Shown: in pieces, positions 36,101-47,432 of the stretch | Layout of the letters: every line of letters begins with the position of its first letter | How positions within the stretch are numbered: position 1 is the stretch's first letter | Assembly: GCA_043228905.1 (NCBI GenBank) | Contig: JBHGNT010000001.1 | Coordinates: 21,576,001-21,640,000 of the forward strand | Direction: 5' to 3' | Origin: Azolla caroliniana | Taxonomy: Eukaryota; Plantae; Polypodiophyta | DNA length: 64,000 nt | The notes under the pieces: generated by a model | What the model was told of the DNA's origin: nothing | The model's input: only the letters and a program-made list of their open reading frames with translations | The model's database searches: none | Position numbers and translations under genes: made by a program

Positions 36101-38590
36101 CCGAATTCCCTTTTGCTGCAGATAATTGTTGAATTGGCTGGAAAAGTATTCTTTTCTGCCATCCGACCGCAGGCATTTGATCTTCCTCTCCGATTCCCGT
36201 TCCACCATGCTTTGGAGACTCCAGAAACACTCGAAGACTTCACTCTTCCGCTCAATGAGGTAGATCCATGTGTGCCGCATATAGACGTCGATGATGGAGA
36301 CGAAATATCGACTCCCGCCAAGACTAACATTCTGTGCCGGTCCCCACACATCTGAATGGATAAGGTTAATCTTGTTACGGCTCTGGTTACGTTCTGTAGG
36401 GAATGGAAACCGGTGTTGCTTCCCAAGTTGGCAAGCTTCACATACTTGGGCCTTCCGGCCGCTAAACTTCGGCAAACCGAAAACTGTTAGGAAACAGGTC
36501 CCTCCAGATGGGAAGTGAGAAGAACAGTATTGATGAGAAAACTCGGCCGAGGCCTCAACCGGATGAGGAGTACCCGGCTACGGAGGACCCGGTTTGAACC
36601 GGATGAGGAGTACCCGGCAAGAGCCGGATGGTGAAGGCCCGGTGAGAAGTGCTCACCGGATGAAGGGACATATTTGTAAATATGTCTCTGAGAGTCCATC
36701 GGGGCTATATTTGTAAATAGCCGAAAAGTCATATTAGTATAAATATGACTTAGGGCAAACAGAGAATATAGTTGTTGTCATTCTTATTGGCGCAAGATTA
36801 GAGCGCGCAACTGTGTACAGAGAGAGTGAGAGAGAGGAAGAGGTTGTTGCCTCTGATTGTAACCGCCGCCTGTGGCGAAGATAGCAAGCTCGAGGTTGTG
36901 GCCTCGGTGCTTTCTTATTGTACATTCTGACATAGTGATAGTTCGTGGTCTGTGGGCTGTCGTGGTTTTTCCCGAGTTTGGGTTTTCCACGTAAACATCC
37001 TGTGTACTCTTCTCTCTATCGTGTTGTGTTTCATTCCCTGTTTTTTTCTGTGTTTTATTCTAGGCTCGGTTGTGGCTGAGCGTTGAGCAAAGGGAGCGTG
37101 TAGTTCCTATCAAAAACAACTTGTTTTGTTTGCAGGTCTTGAAGCCTCCGGTAATGGACGTGGCCTATCCGCTTGTGCCATAGGTCGATGTCCGATTCGA
37201 CCTTCTGTCCTTTTCCAAACAGAGCGGTGCCAACGTCATTGGTGTTGAGGATAAACATCCTCCTGTCTCTAAGCCCTTGCGCAATAATCTGGCCCTCTTC
37301 CTCGATGAAGCACCCGAGGTGCGTAAACCGCATCTGCATCCCTTGGTCGACGATCTGTCCGACCAACACCAGGTTCTTCGTGATTGTCGGAAAGTGTTAT
37401 ACATTCATCAACTTCCCCTTCTGTCCGACGTTGTTCAAAGGGACTTCTTCGACATGCACGATTGGGTGAGGAGTGTCATCTCCGGTTTCGACTACTCCTG
37501 GTTGATCCGGTTTCTCCAAAAAGGAGAACCACTCTTTGTGGCTCGTCATGTGGTTCGACGCACCGGAATCAACATACCACACTTCCTCCGATTTGGAAGC
37601 GGTCTTCTTCATCGAGTTCGCCTTGTGCTTCATCACCAAGGCTGGCCCGTTACCGTTCTTGGATCCTCCCGATCCCTTCACGTAGTGCGAGCTTTACCGG
37701 CCATCCTTGCCGGATTTTCCAGATCCAAATTTGTCCGAATCGGCACGTTTTCTCCGGCACTCGCTTTCTCTGTGGCCCTTTTTGCCACAATACCAGCATT
37801 CCGTTGCAGTCTTCTCTTGCCGACTTCCGGTGCCGCCATGACTCCCCCTATTCCCGGAGGGTCCGAAACTGTTGTCGGCACATTCTCTGTGCCTTTGTTC
37901 CTGGTCTTGCCGGCCGCCTCCATTGCATGTCGACCCGCCTCGTCCACCACACCCATGGGACCAATCCGCTTCCATGTACAGCATCCGGTTGTCAATGAGT
38001 GCGCTAGTTGACGCACCGGCGTGGTTCTCCTCTACAAGGAGCATCGACTGTAAGTCGAAAAATGACGGCGTATTCTCCCTTGTACATACCGTTGTTCAGA
38101 ACGCTCTGAACTTAGACGTCAGGCCCCCAAGACAGACCTGTACCATCTCGTCTTCCTCTACAGTAACGTTGATAAAGGCAAGTGAGTCACAGATCTCTTT
38201 GATCCGGGCCGTGTAATCCGCCACCGACATGTCCTTCTGTCGGACATTGTTCAACTCCTGTCGGAGTTGCAGCTTCCGGGCTATAGTGCTAGCGGCGAAA
38301 ACCTTCTTCAGGTTTCCCCAAGCCTCCTTCGGCATCTTGGTGTCTCGAATGTGGCTCAGCAGCTGGTCTCCGACACTAGACGCGAAGCAGTACATCACTC
38401 TGCTTGCCGATTGTTCCCACACTGGGAAATCCTTATGTGTCGCATCAGGTGCTGTTTCATTGGCTCCTTCGACGAAACTCCAGTAGCCATGCCCAAGCAG
38501 GTACTGGTGCATCTTGTACGACCAAGATGCGTAGTTGGATTTGTCGAGTTTCTCCACAGGGAGCGAGCTAGCCATTCCTCTATCCATCAC
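33167..38590 (-). pseudogene. B2 gag-pol (fragmented), RNase H with long charged C-terminal extension
   Basis: gag 38096-38590, WYVDSGASNH, INT 35366-36475, RT QMDVKNAFL/SLYGLKQAP/YVDD, RH HARTKHIEVHYHFV followed by an E/K/D/S-rich tail. Confidence 0.92.
36485..37112 (+). repeat. Solo LTR of the Tnt1-like family in the B2 integrase, perfect TSD AAAAC
   Basis: tgttaggaaacaggtccc...ttcctatca; AAAAC at 36480-36484 and 37113-37117; homologous to 40595-41270 and 61417-61947. Confidence 0.95.
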
Positions 38591-39473
38591 TTCTCTGTCT
38601 GTTGTTCTTACGACCTATTAGGGTTTGCTTTCAAGCGTTTGTTGGTTGCAGAGGTTCTCAACCCTCGCGCTCTGACACCATGAAAACGATTACTTGCGGA
38701 AGCGTTAGAAAACAAAGAAAGCAGAGAATACACCGAGTACACGGGAGAGACAAAGAAAGAAAAACGTAAAAGCTATATTCAAAACAATATAAACACTCTA
38801 CACTTACAACTATGCTCAGTAGCACTATTTATACAAGTCCTCGTGGGACTGACAAAAGGTACCGCGTACTTCAATGCTCACACGAGCATCTGACACTTAC
38901 TACGAGACTATAACTACCTAGTAGTCTAAACTAATACTAGGCTTCCGGTTACCGATTGGATACGGCTAACTGGCTCCCCAGCTCACCGGCTCTATTGCTT
39001 GCCGGCTCGGTTGCTCACCGGCTTACCGATCCGTCTCGCTCACCGGCTCAGGCTTATCCAGCCAATCCGGCTCCAGTTGAGCTTGCCGCTCAACACGCAC
39101 TGACTTGCCTCGTCCTCCACGTCCACGGGGCCTATCTCCCTTCGTGTACAACATCTTGTTGTCGGTGTGCGTGCTCGTTGACGCACCCCCGTGGTTCTCC
39201 TCTACCAGGAGCATCGACTGTAAGTTGAAAAAGCACGGCGTATTCTCCCGGGTACACACAGTAGTTCGGAACGCCCCGAACTTCGACGCCAAACCCCCGA
39301 GACAGACCTGGACCATCTCACTTTCCTCGATGTTCACATCGATGGAAGCTAAGGAGTCGCATATGTCCTTGATCTTCGAGGTATAGTCAGCCACCAACAA
39401 ATCACGTTGTCGTAGGTTGCTCAACTCCTGTCGGAGCTGAAGCTTCTTGGCTATGGCACTCGCGGCGAAGATC

Positions 39474-41270
39474 AGAGCTTGTACGGACTGAAGCAAGCTC
39501 CCCCAACAGTGGTACCGGAAATTCGACTCCTTCATGACCGACCAAGGGTATCACAAAACGCAAACCGATCACTGCGTGTTTGTGAAGAAGTTCGAAGAAG
39601 GCGACTTCCTGATACTCCTTCTGTACGTGGACGACATGTTGATCGTCAGACGGGACCAAGCCAAAATACAGATGCTGAAGAAGGCTCCGATCGAACCTTC
39701 GCAATGAAAGACTTGGGCTCGGCAAGATAGATATTGGGGATGCACATCATCCGGGACCAGTCAAAGAAGCAATTGTGGTTGTCACAGGAGAAATACGTGA
39801 CAAAGGTGTGTCAGCGGTTCAACATGTTAGAAGCAAAACTGGTCGGATCGACACTCTCGGCAAACTGCAGACTATCCGGTAAGCAAAGCTCGAAGACGAA
39901 AGCAGAGAAGGCGGATATGATGAAGGTTCCATATGCCTCTGCCGTTAGGAGCTTAATGTATGCAATGGTGTGTACTCGACTGGATATTGGATATGCAGTC
40001 GGAGTGGTGAGCCGGTTTATGAGCAATCCCGGCAAGGAGCACTAGAATGCGGTCAAATGGATACTCCGGTACTTGAAGGGCACTACGAATATGTGTCTCC
40101 GATTCGGCTCCAGTAAACCTGAACTTGACGGTTTTACCGATTCAGACATGTCGGCTGATGTGGATACAAGCTGGTCTACATCCGAGTATGTAATGACATA
40201 TGCAGGGGGAGCTGTTTCATGGCAGTCGAGGCTGTAGAAGACGGTTGCATTGTCAACCACGGAGGCGGAGTACATGGCGGTTGTGGAAGCCGGCAAGGAA
40301 ATATTATGGATGAAGGACTTCATCGGAGAGCTCGGTATCCGACAATATGAATATCGGCTCTATTGCGACAGTCAAAGTGTCATCCACCTTGCTAAGAATG
40401 CAGTGTACCATTCCAGGAAGAAGCACATCCAGCGTAGGTGTCACTGGATCCGGGAGCGAGTAGAAGATCGAGAGTTCGCGTTGACGAAGATCCACACAGC
40501 CGAGAACGGATCAGATATGCTCACCAAAGTACTGATGCATGTCGGAAGCAGATCGGACTAGTACGACATCCCATGCCGGAGTGAAGGGGGAGTTTATTAG
40601 GAAACAGGTCCCTTCGGATGGGAAGTGAGAAGAACAACGTTGATGAGAAACTCGGCCGAGGCCGAATCCGGATGTGGAGTACCCAGCAACGGAAGACCTG
40701 GTGAGAACCGGATGTAGAGTACCCGGCAACGAAAGGCCCGGTGAGAACCGAATGACGAGTGCCCGGCAAGAGCCGGATGGTGAAGGCCCAGTGAGGAGTG
40801 CTCACCGGATGAAGGGACATATTCGTAAATATGTTTCTAAGAGTCCATTGGGGCTATATTTGTAAATAGCCGAAAAGTCATATTAGTATAAATATGACTT
40901 AGGGCAAACTTAGTGCAGTGTAGTTGTCATTCTTGTTGGTGCAAGATTTGAGTGCAACCGTGTACAGAGAGAGAGAGAGTGTGTGTGAGTGAGAGACGAA
41001 GAGGGCGTTGTCTCTGTTGTAACCGCCGCCTGTGGCAAAGACAGTGAACAAGAGGTCGTTGCCTCTGTGTTCATCTATTGTATATTGTAACATAGTGATA
41101 GTTTACAGTCTATGGACTGTCGTGGTTTTTCCCGTGTTTGGGTTTTCCACGTAAACATCCTGTGTACTCTTCTCTTTATTGTGTCGTGCGTACATTACCC
41201 GTTTTTTCTGTGTTTGATCCTAGACTCGGTTGTGGCCGAGCGTTGTTTTCGGGAGCGTGTAGTCCTCACA
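39474..41270 (+). mobile_element. 3' half of a Tnt1-like copia (RT-RH-PPT-3' LTR 40595-41270)
   Basis: SLYGLKQAP at 39474, YVDD, STTEAEY, HSRKKHIQ; PPT gtgaagggggag; LTR ends cctcaca. Confidence 0.9.
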
Positions 41271-42232
41271 TACTCAACCCGACCTCAGTTACCCAATTGG
41301 CCTCCTTATCCAATTTATGCGAACACCACGAAACATTCGTCTAGACTATGCTAAGTGAGTGTTATACTATGTGAGTGGAACCATGGATTACGGTGTCCTT
41401 TACAAATTGGCCACACCGATTCGACTCAAAGGGTACACCGATGCCGACTGGGCCGGCAACAAAGCCAACAAATGATCCACATCAGGCTTTGTCTTCTCCC
41501 TCGGCAGCGGACCATATCGTGGAGCAATAAGAAGCAGCCGACAATCGCACTATCGAGCACAAAGGCCGAATATAAGGGCACGGTCATCGTTGCATGTGAA
41601 GCCGTTTGGCTCAAAAGTATATTGAAGGATCTGGGCATTCCCATCAAGGATTTGATTCTCCTATACTGCAACAACATGAGCAGTATTCACCTAGCCCGCA
41701 ACCCTATTTTTCACCCTTGAACTAAGCACATTGAGATGCACTATCATTTTATCCGAGAACGTGCCCAAGCCAGAGATGTCCACTTGCAACACATCAGTAT
41801 GAATCTGCAAATGGTCGATATCTTCACGAAGGCCCTAGGATAAAACAAGTTGCGGCAATTCACGATGAACCTAGGTCTCTTGACCACCGACCAGCCGAGC
41901 TTGAGGGGGGGTATGGAGTAAGAAACCGTCTGACACAACGTCGATCAAAGCAGTCTGACACAGGAGTGAGTCGGCCATCCGTAGTCGAAGTTGAAGCCAA
42001 CTCAAAGTCAACCTGAAGTCCACATCGAACAAACTATTCGGTGACCAGAAGTTGCATTTGAAGGGGCGTGTTGAGAATCAAACTCAACTTCCTTAATGTG
42101 GGAACACACCTTAGTATACTCAAGTGTGTGAACACCCCACCTCCTAGTATAGTAACTATAGTGTCATAGAGCTTTAAGGTTCTATCACACATATTTAGTA
42201 GATAGTTAAGTCTCCACCTCTTTTGCAAGTGG
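41271..42232 (+). mobile_element. 3' remnant of a C-type copia (RT end, RH, PPT, partial 3' LTR from 42069)
   Basis: WSNKKQPTIALSSTKAEY, IHLARNPIFH; PPT ttgaaggggcg followed by tgttgagaatcaaactcaac. Confidence 0.85.
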
Positions 42233-42301
42233 TGGGTAAAGAAATGGAGGGTGTAGGTGATCTTGTGCAACGGAAGAAACTCTATGTGTGTGTGTGTGTA
42301 A

Positions 42302-42344
<43 letters not shown>

Positions 42345-43765
42345 AAGAGAAACTTAAAGATAGAGAACAAGAAGTTGTATTAGACAAAAAATGAAATACA
42401 TCCAATAATAACTAAGTTGCAAAAGATTGGTTTAAATACCAACTAACCTAGGGCAACTGCCCTTTATGCTATTTACAAAACTAGCCTAGTGTGTCCATTG
42501 CTACTATGAAAGCCATTTCATTGGAGAAGTTAGGTTTGATTCTCAACACACCCCTTCGAACACAACTTCCAGTCGCCGCGATGTTTGGCTCGTTTCGGCT
42601 TTCTGGGTTTCTTGGCTCTATGACTGGATGTTCGTCGGTTCGGCTTCAATTGTTCTCCTTTGTTCATTTGATTTTTGTGGCTTGTTTGGCGTTGTGCTTC
42701 AACTCCCCTTGGTCACCTTCGATCGACTGATCGGCTGAGTCAATTGGTACTATATTGTACTCCCCCTCAAGCTCGGCAATGCAGCTATTGTTAGGCCAAG
42801 GCCCATCATGAATTGCCTAAGCTTGTCGACTCCTAAGGCTTTTGTGAAAATGTCTGCTACCTGAAGGTTCGTGTTGATGTGATGCAAGTCAACATCTCTA
42901 ACTTGAACGCACTCTTTGATGAAGTGATTGTGCACTTCGATATGCTTTGTGTGCGCATGGAAGACTGGGTTCCGAGCCAGATGAATATTGCTCATGTTGT
43001 CGCAGTAAAGGAGAATCGAATCCTTGATGGGAACGCCGAGATCTTTCAAGATTCTTTTCAGCCAAACGACTTCACAAGCTGCGCTGATCGCGCCCCTATA
43101 TTCGGCTTCTATGCTCGATAGTGCAACTGTTGGCTGCTTCTTGCTACTCTAGGAGATAGCTCCACTACCGAGGGAGAAGATGAATCCTAAGGTTGATCGT
43201 TTATCGGCCTTATAGCCGGCCCAATCTGCATCTGTGTACCCTTCGAGTCGAACGATCGTGTCAGACTTATACATGATTTCGTAATCCATCATTCCACAGA
43301 CGTACTTGAGTACTCTCTTAGCGCAATCTAGATGAATATCCTAAGGTTTCTGCATGAATTGGCTAAGTAGACTGACCGGATAGTTGAGGTCGGGTTGTGT
43401 GATGGTAAGATAGATTAAGCTACCAATAAGTTGATGATACTGAGTCGGCTCACACTCTTCTATTCTTGAGTTGGCATCGAACTTGAGGTTTCGATCGAGA
43501 GGGGTTGGCATAGGTTTGCACTCAGTCATCTCGAACTTGTAGAGCAAGTTGAGGATGTAGTGCCATTGAGAGATCATAATCCTAACCAATGTCCTAATTA
43601 CTTCTATACCGAGGAAGCAATGGAGCTCGTGCATATCTTTCATTTCGAATCAGGATAGGAGTGATTTGACCTTACTAATGTTTGCTAGATTCTTTCCTCT
43701 GATGACCAGATCATCCACATACAGGATGATGACAATCGGGTTGTCCAAATCGCTTTGGATGTAGA
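42233..43765 (-). mobile_element. 3' remnant of another C-type copia in opposite orientation (LTR ~42233-42548, RH, RT)
   Basis: LTR end gattctcaaca plus caccccttc; RH 42750-43049; RT 43341-43643 and YVDD ~43715. Confidence 0.85.
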
Positions 43766-45324
43766 GGGAATTATAGGCAAGGGATTCTGTGATTCTCCAT
43801 ATCTTTCAACAATTTTTCTAAGATGGATGAATAAATTGCCTTTTGATGTGGGTTTCTCAGACACATTGGCCAATCAGACTTGATACATTTCCTATACTTT
43901 GGTCTTCCGTGATTCATTCTCGTCCCTCTTCACCTTATTCCATGAATCAATAAGCACATTTTCAAAGTTCGTGTCCTCCAAAAGCAACCCAAATCCTTCT
44001 AATACTTTAATGACTGGCATGAAGGAACATAAGCACATTGTTGGGTGGAGAGGTCCTTAGTACCTTGCCAAACGTAAGATGAATCCCATATCAAACTCCA
44101 TGAGGATCTTAAACATTAACAAAATTTTAGGGGATTATTTTGCCCAATCGATGAACTTGTGCAACATCTATTGGCGTCGCCATTGATGTTAAGTGCTTAG
44201 CATGGCACATTTGAAGCTTGCCCAAGTTGTTTCATAAACCTTAGTGGCACAAGGTTCAAATTTTATTCCCTCAATAAAGTTATGTTTTATCGATACAATG
44301 TTGGATTACAAATACTATCCTCTTGTGCACATGCTTTGCAACTAAAATCTATACTGGAACTTAAGGAAATTTGCATTATGAGCCAAGGGCAATGTAAAAA
44401 TTATGTATCCTTCATACATTGGATTGTTGTATGCAAACATGAGCATGTGTATCTACTTGCATGGCAAGACCCACGTATCTTTGGAAAGGATATTCTTGTG
44501 AATCAACTTCATCTCATTCTTTATGATTAATCTTGTTTTGGACTCACAAATAAGCTTTATTTAGCAAGAGCTCTATCCCATATCCATCAATATCAAGTTA
44601 TCTACCAAAATGAACATGTTTGGTGGATTTGAATGCCATGTGGATCTTCATAAAATTGGTAAAGTTTCGAGTTCCTTCATATAACTTGAATCTTCATTAG
44701 CTGAGATCTATTATGATGTGAATGTTGAGTTGATCTCCATAAAATTGGTGGAGATTTGGTTCCTCATTGTAGCCTAAATCTTGATCCACCTCGATCTACT
44801 GTGATCGGTTACAATCTTGGTGCCAAGATATCCTAAGAAACCTTGACCTCCATAGAAGTGTGATTCTTATGACAAGAAGGGTCATGATAGAATTTTTGGC
44901 TTGAAAATCCAAGCATGAGTCAAAAAACTACACATAGTATTGTGTTAAATTTAAGGGAGGAAGAATTCAAACCTGCATGTTCGAGTGGACAGTGCACCAT
45001 CAATTAGATTTTCCATAGGCACGTAAAGAATTTTGGATCGCAAATCTGAGTACTTGGGAAAATGTTTTATGGGAATTTTGGATTTTGGGTGGACAAAGTT
45101 TTATGAGAAGACTGAAAATATCATTTTTGTCCGATTTCCAAACAGATGAAAACCTTTGGGCAATTCAATTACCCAAAGGGTAAAGGGATTCATGAAATTC
45201 CATGAAAGTATCCATTCATGTGAATTCCATAAAAGAATAAGGGAAGGACATGTTCTTATTTTGCAACTCGAATGGATTTATTTTATTTTATTTTATTTAT
45301 TTTTATTATTATTCTTTTTGGGGA

Positions 45325-45482
45325 ATCGAAGGTTGGGAGGGACTCTAAGGTTAGGAGGGACTCAAAGGGAATTTTTTTTGGAGAGGAGGACTTGAAGGTT
45401 GGGAGGAACTCAAATGGGATTTATTTATTTATTTATTTTAAGGGGGATGGGTGGGACTCGAAGGTTGGGAGGGACTCGAATG
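45325..45482 (+). repeat. Cluster of short dispersed repeats (gactcgaaggttgggagg-like, about 4-5 copies) with T-rich spacers
   Basis: aaggtt(g/a)ggagg at ~45329, 45347, 45395 and 45461. Confidence 0.7.
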
Positions 45483-45678
45483 CTTGATGGTTGTTGACCA
45501 TTATAGTTTTTTAATGTTTAACGCAAAAAAAATTGAAAATGGCACCAAGCAAGAAAAAAGAGAGGGTAAGACTATTAGAATTTCGTGGGTGGTTAGGAAT
45601 GTTAATTAGTGCTAATTACGTCGTAGTAAAACTAGCAAATGCCTAAAAATGTACTTAACACAAAACTTGTTAAACCGG

Positions 45679-46739
45679 TGTCGTGTGATTTTTCACACAC
45701 GATAAGAAAACAAATGAAATAATTATTTTAAGTTAGCTTAAATGGCTTAGTACGAAAGATGGACGTCTTCAAGAGCTTCCAAACCCATTTTACTACATAT
45801 GAAACGGATAACTAAGTATCAAGTTATGTGACTATAAAGTTTGAGAAGATGAGGAAAACAAAACTGTGAGATATCCCACATAGTTAGGACAACATCGGAT
45901 CCAACATTATATAAGTAGAGCCAAAACACATTACTTTATATCTTTGTCTTTGGAGCATTGAATGACAAAGGTGATTTAGGTTGAACTATGTGGATGATTT
46001 GCTCGATCGGGGACGCATGTGCGCACGGACGTGTCCACGGCTCGGTCGAAATGTGCGTGCACGAAACGGCGTGGGCACAGTTTGGTGGATATGTGTTCGA
46101 TCGTGATGCACGTACGAATTACGCATGGGCCAAACTGTATGGATGATTGGATCATATGGCCAAATATGCAAACGTCGCGCGGGCACAGCTTGGTGGATAT
46201 GTGTTCGATCGTGATGCACATACGAATTACGCATGGGCCAAACTTTATGGATGATTGGATCATATGGCCGAATACACGAACGTCGCATGCAACTAAATGT
46301 AGAGCCTATGCAACCAAAAGTGGATGCACGCAACTAAAGTAAAGGTCATTTGTGGACGCATGCAATTGAACGTCAAGGGTCATGATTAACAAAGGACTTC
46401 TTATATATTCCACTCTTTTTTTCTCCATTTCTTTTGCTTTCTCTTCTCTTGATTCTTTGGGGAAAACAATCTCTCATATTCATATGAAACCACTCCTTAT
46501 ATGGTGGCCGAATCCTTTCTTTCAAAATTATCTATCATTTTCATATGAAATCCATTGTAACACAATTCTTATATTATAAAAGAATCTATTATTTTGATAT
46601 AAAAAAATATTTTCTTTCACCTATGTGTCTTATGTGTAAATCTTGCTTGTGTTGTATAGGTGAGCTCTAAATCCTTCCAGTCCATAACCCCAACGGTTTC
46701 GCCTCACGATCCGCACATAGTGATGGATTTTTCACGACA
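45679..46739 (+). repeat. Solo LTR of a Phygy-like subfamily, 4-bp TSD CCGG
   Basis: TGTCGTG...CACGACA ends; CCGG at 45675-45678 and 46740-46743; first ~245 bp and last ~75 bp homologous to LTR 13528-14780 (inverted). Confidence 0.88.
46070..46286 (+). repeat. 108-bp tandem repeat (2 copies) inside the solo LTR
   Basis: gggcacag.ttggtggatatgtgttcgatcgtgatgcac at 46073 and 46181. Confidence 0.93.
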
Positions 46740-47146
46740 CCGGATGGTTCACAAACTAACATCGAGGTAATTAGGGTTGAAAAAGAAGAAGGATAAAAAG
46801 ATAATAAATTGGTTAAGTTAGCTAGTTTAACGCAACTAACTAAAAAAACAAGAAATGCTTCACCTTCTTAGTATCGTCCTTTCCTAAGTAGCTTGCCTTG
46901 CGAGCTTACGTAAAGCTCTTCTATAACTTCTAGAATTTGTTGTATCCCCAATAGGGGCACCAAATAGATGTGGCATTTCCATGCACCTCACAAAAATGCC
47001 TCTATAGATCAATAGAGTTTTTCCTCTCATTAATGTCGTTAGATTTGGGTTTAGACCAACATATTCCCTCTTAGTGGTGAACAGGGCCAACATGGTTGTC
47101 AAACACTTCTGAGCTACTAACTCGCTTAGCTTAAAGGATTAACACC

Positions 47147-47150
<4 letters not shown>

Positions 47151-47190
<40 letters not shown>
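47151..47190. repeat. (CT)20 microsatellite, left flank of LINE 1
   Basis: Direct reading. Confidence 0.95.
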
Positions 47191-47193
<3 letters not shown>

Positions 47194-47432
47194 GCCATCG
47201 TTTTCTACGTTCTATAGCTCGTTGGAAAGCTCTTTGAGAGAGCTTTCTAAAGAATGTTCATTTACTGAATTCCGTTACCGTGGCGAGAAGTTATGAGCAT
47301 TTTCATCCGCAGCCATCTTTGCCCCACGGTTCCTCAAACGGAAGGTAGATTTTGAAGCCCTAAATCGAGTGAAAGGTACATTCTCTCTCCTTCCCTCTCT
47401 GTCTCTCTTTTCCCGTACGGTTTGTCCCTACA

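Larger units (their letters stand above)
32437..39095 (-). mobile_element. Full-length Bryco-like copia B2 inserted in the gag of B1, 5-bp TSD CGCAC
   Basis: LTRs 32437-32851 and 38681-39095; PBS gctctgacacca 38669-38680; PPT at 32852; CGCAC at 32432-32436 and 39096-39100. Confidence 0.96.
29067..39473 (-). mobile_element. Bryco-like copia B1 (same family as A): 3' LTR, RH, INT, PR, partial gag; RT deleted, 5' end lost; hosts B2
   Basis: LTR 29067-29487 plus PPT; RH 29754-30410; INT ORF 30980-31924; gag split at 32436/39101; ends at a fusion at 39473. Confidence 0.88.

Noticed and set aside
44282-44530. CAHALQL resembling the hAT transposase C..H motif
   Set aside because: Isolated match; no TRW motif, dimerisation domain or TIRs seen.
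14479-45922. ~250-bp inverted homology (14479-14730 vs 45680-45922) as TIRs of a giant DNA transposon
   Set aside because: Both segments are the U3 ends of Phygy-like LTRs in opposite orientation.
45325-46286. Spaced short repeats and 108-bp repeat as a CRISPR-like array or centromeric satellite
   Set aside because: Irregular low-complexity spacers, no cas genes, eukaryotic context; the 108-bp unit has only two copies inside an LTR.
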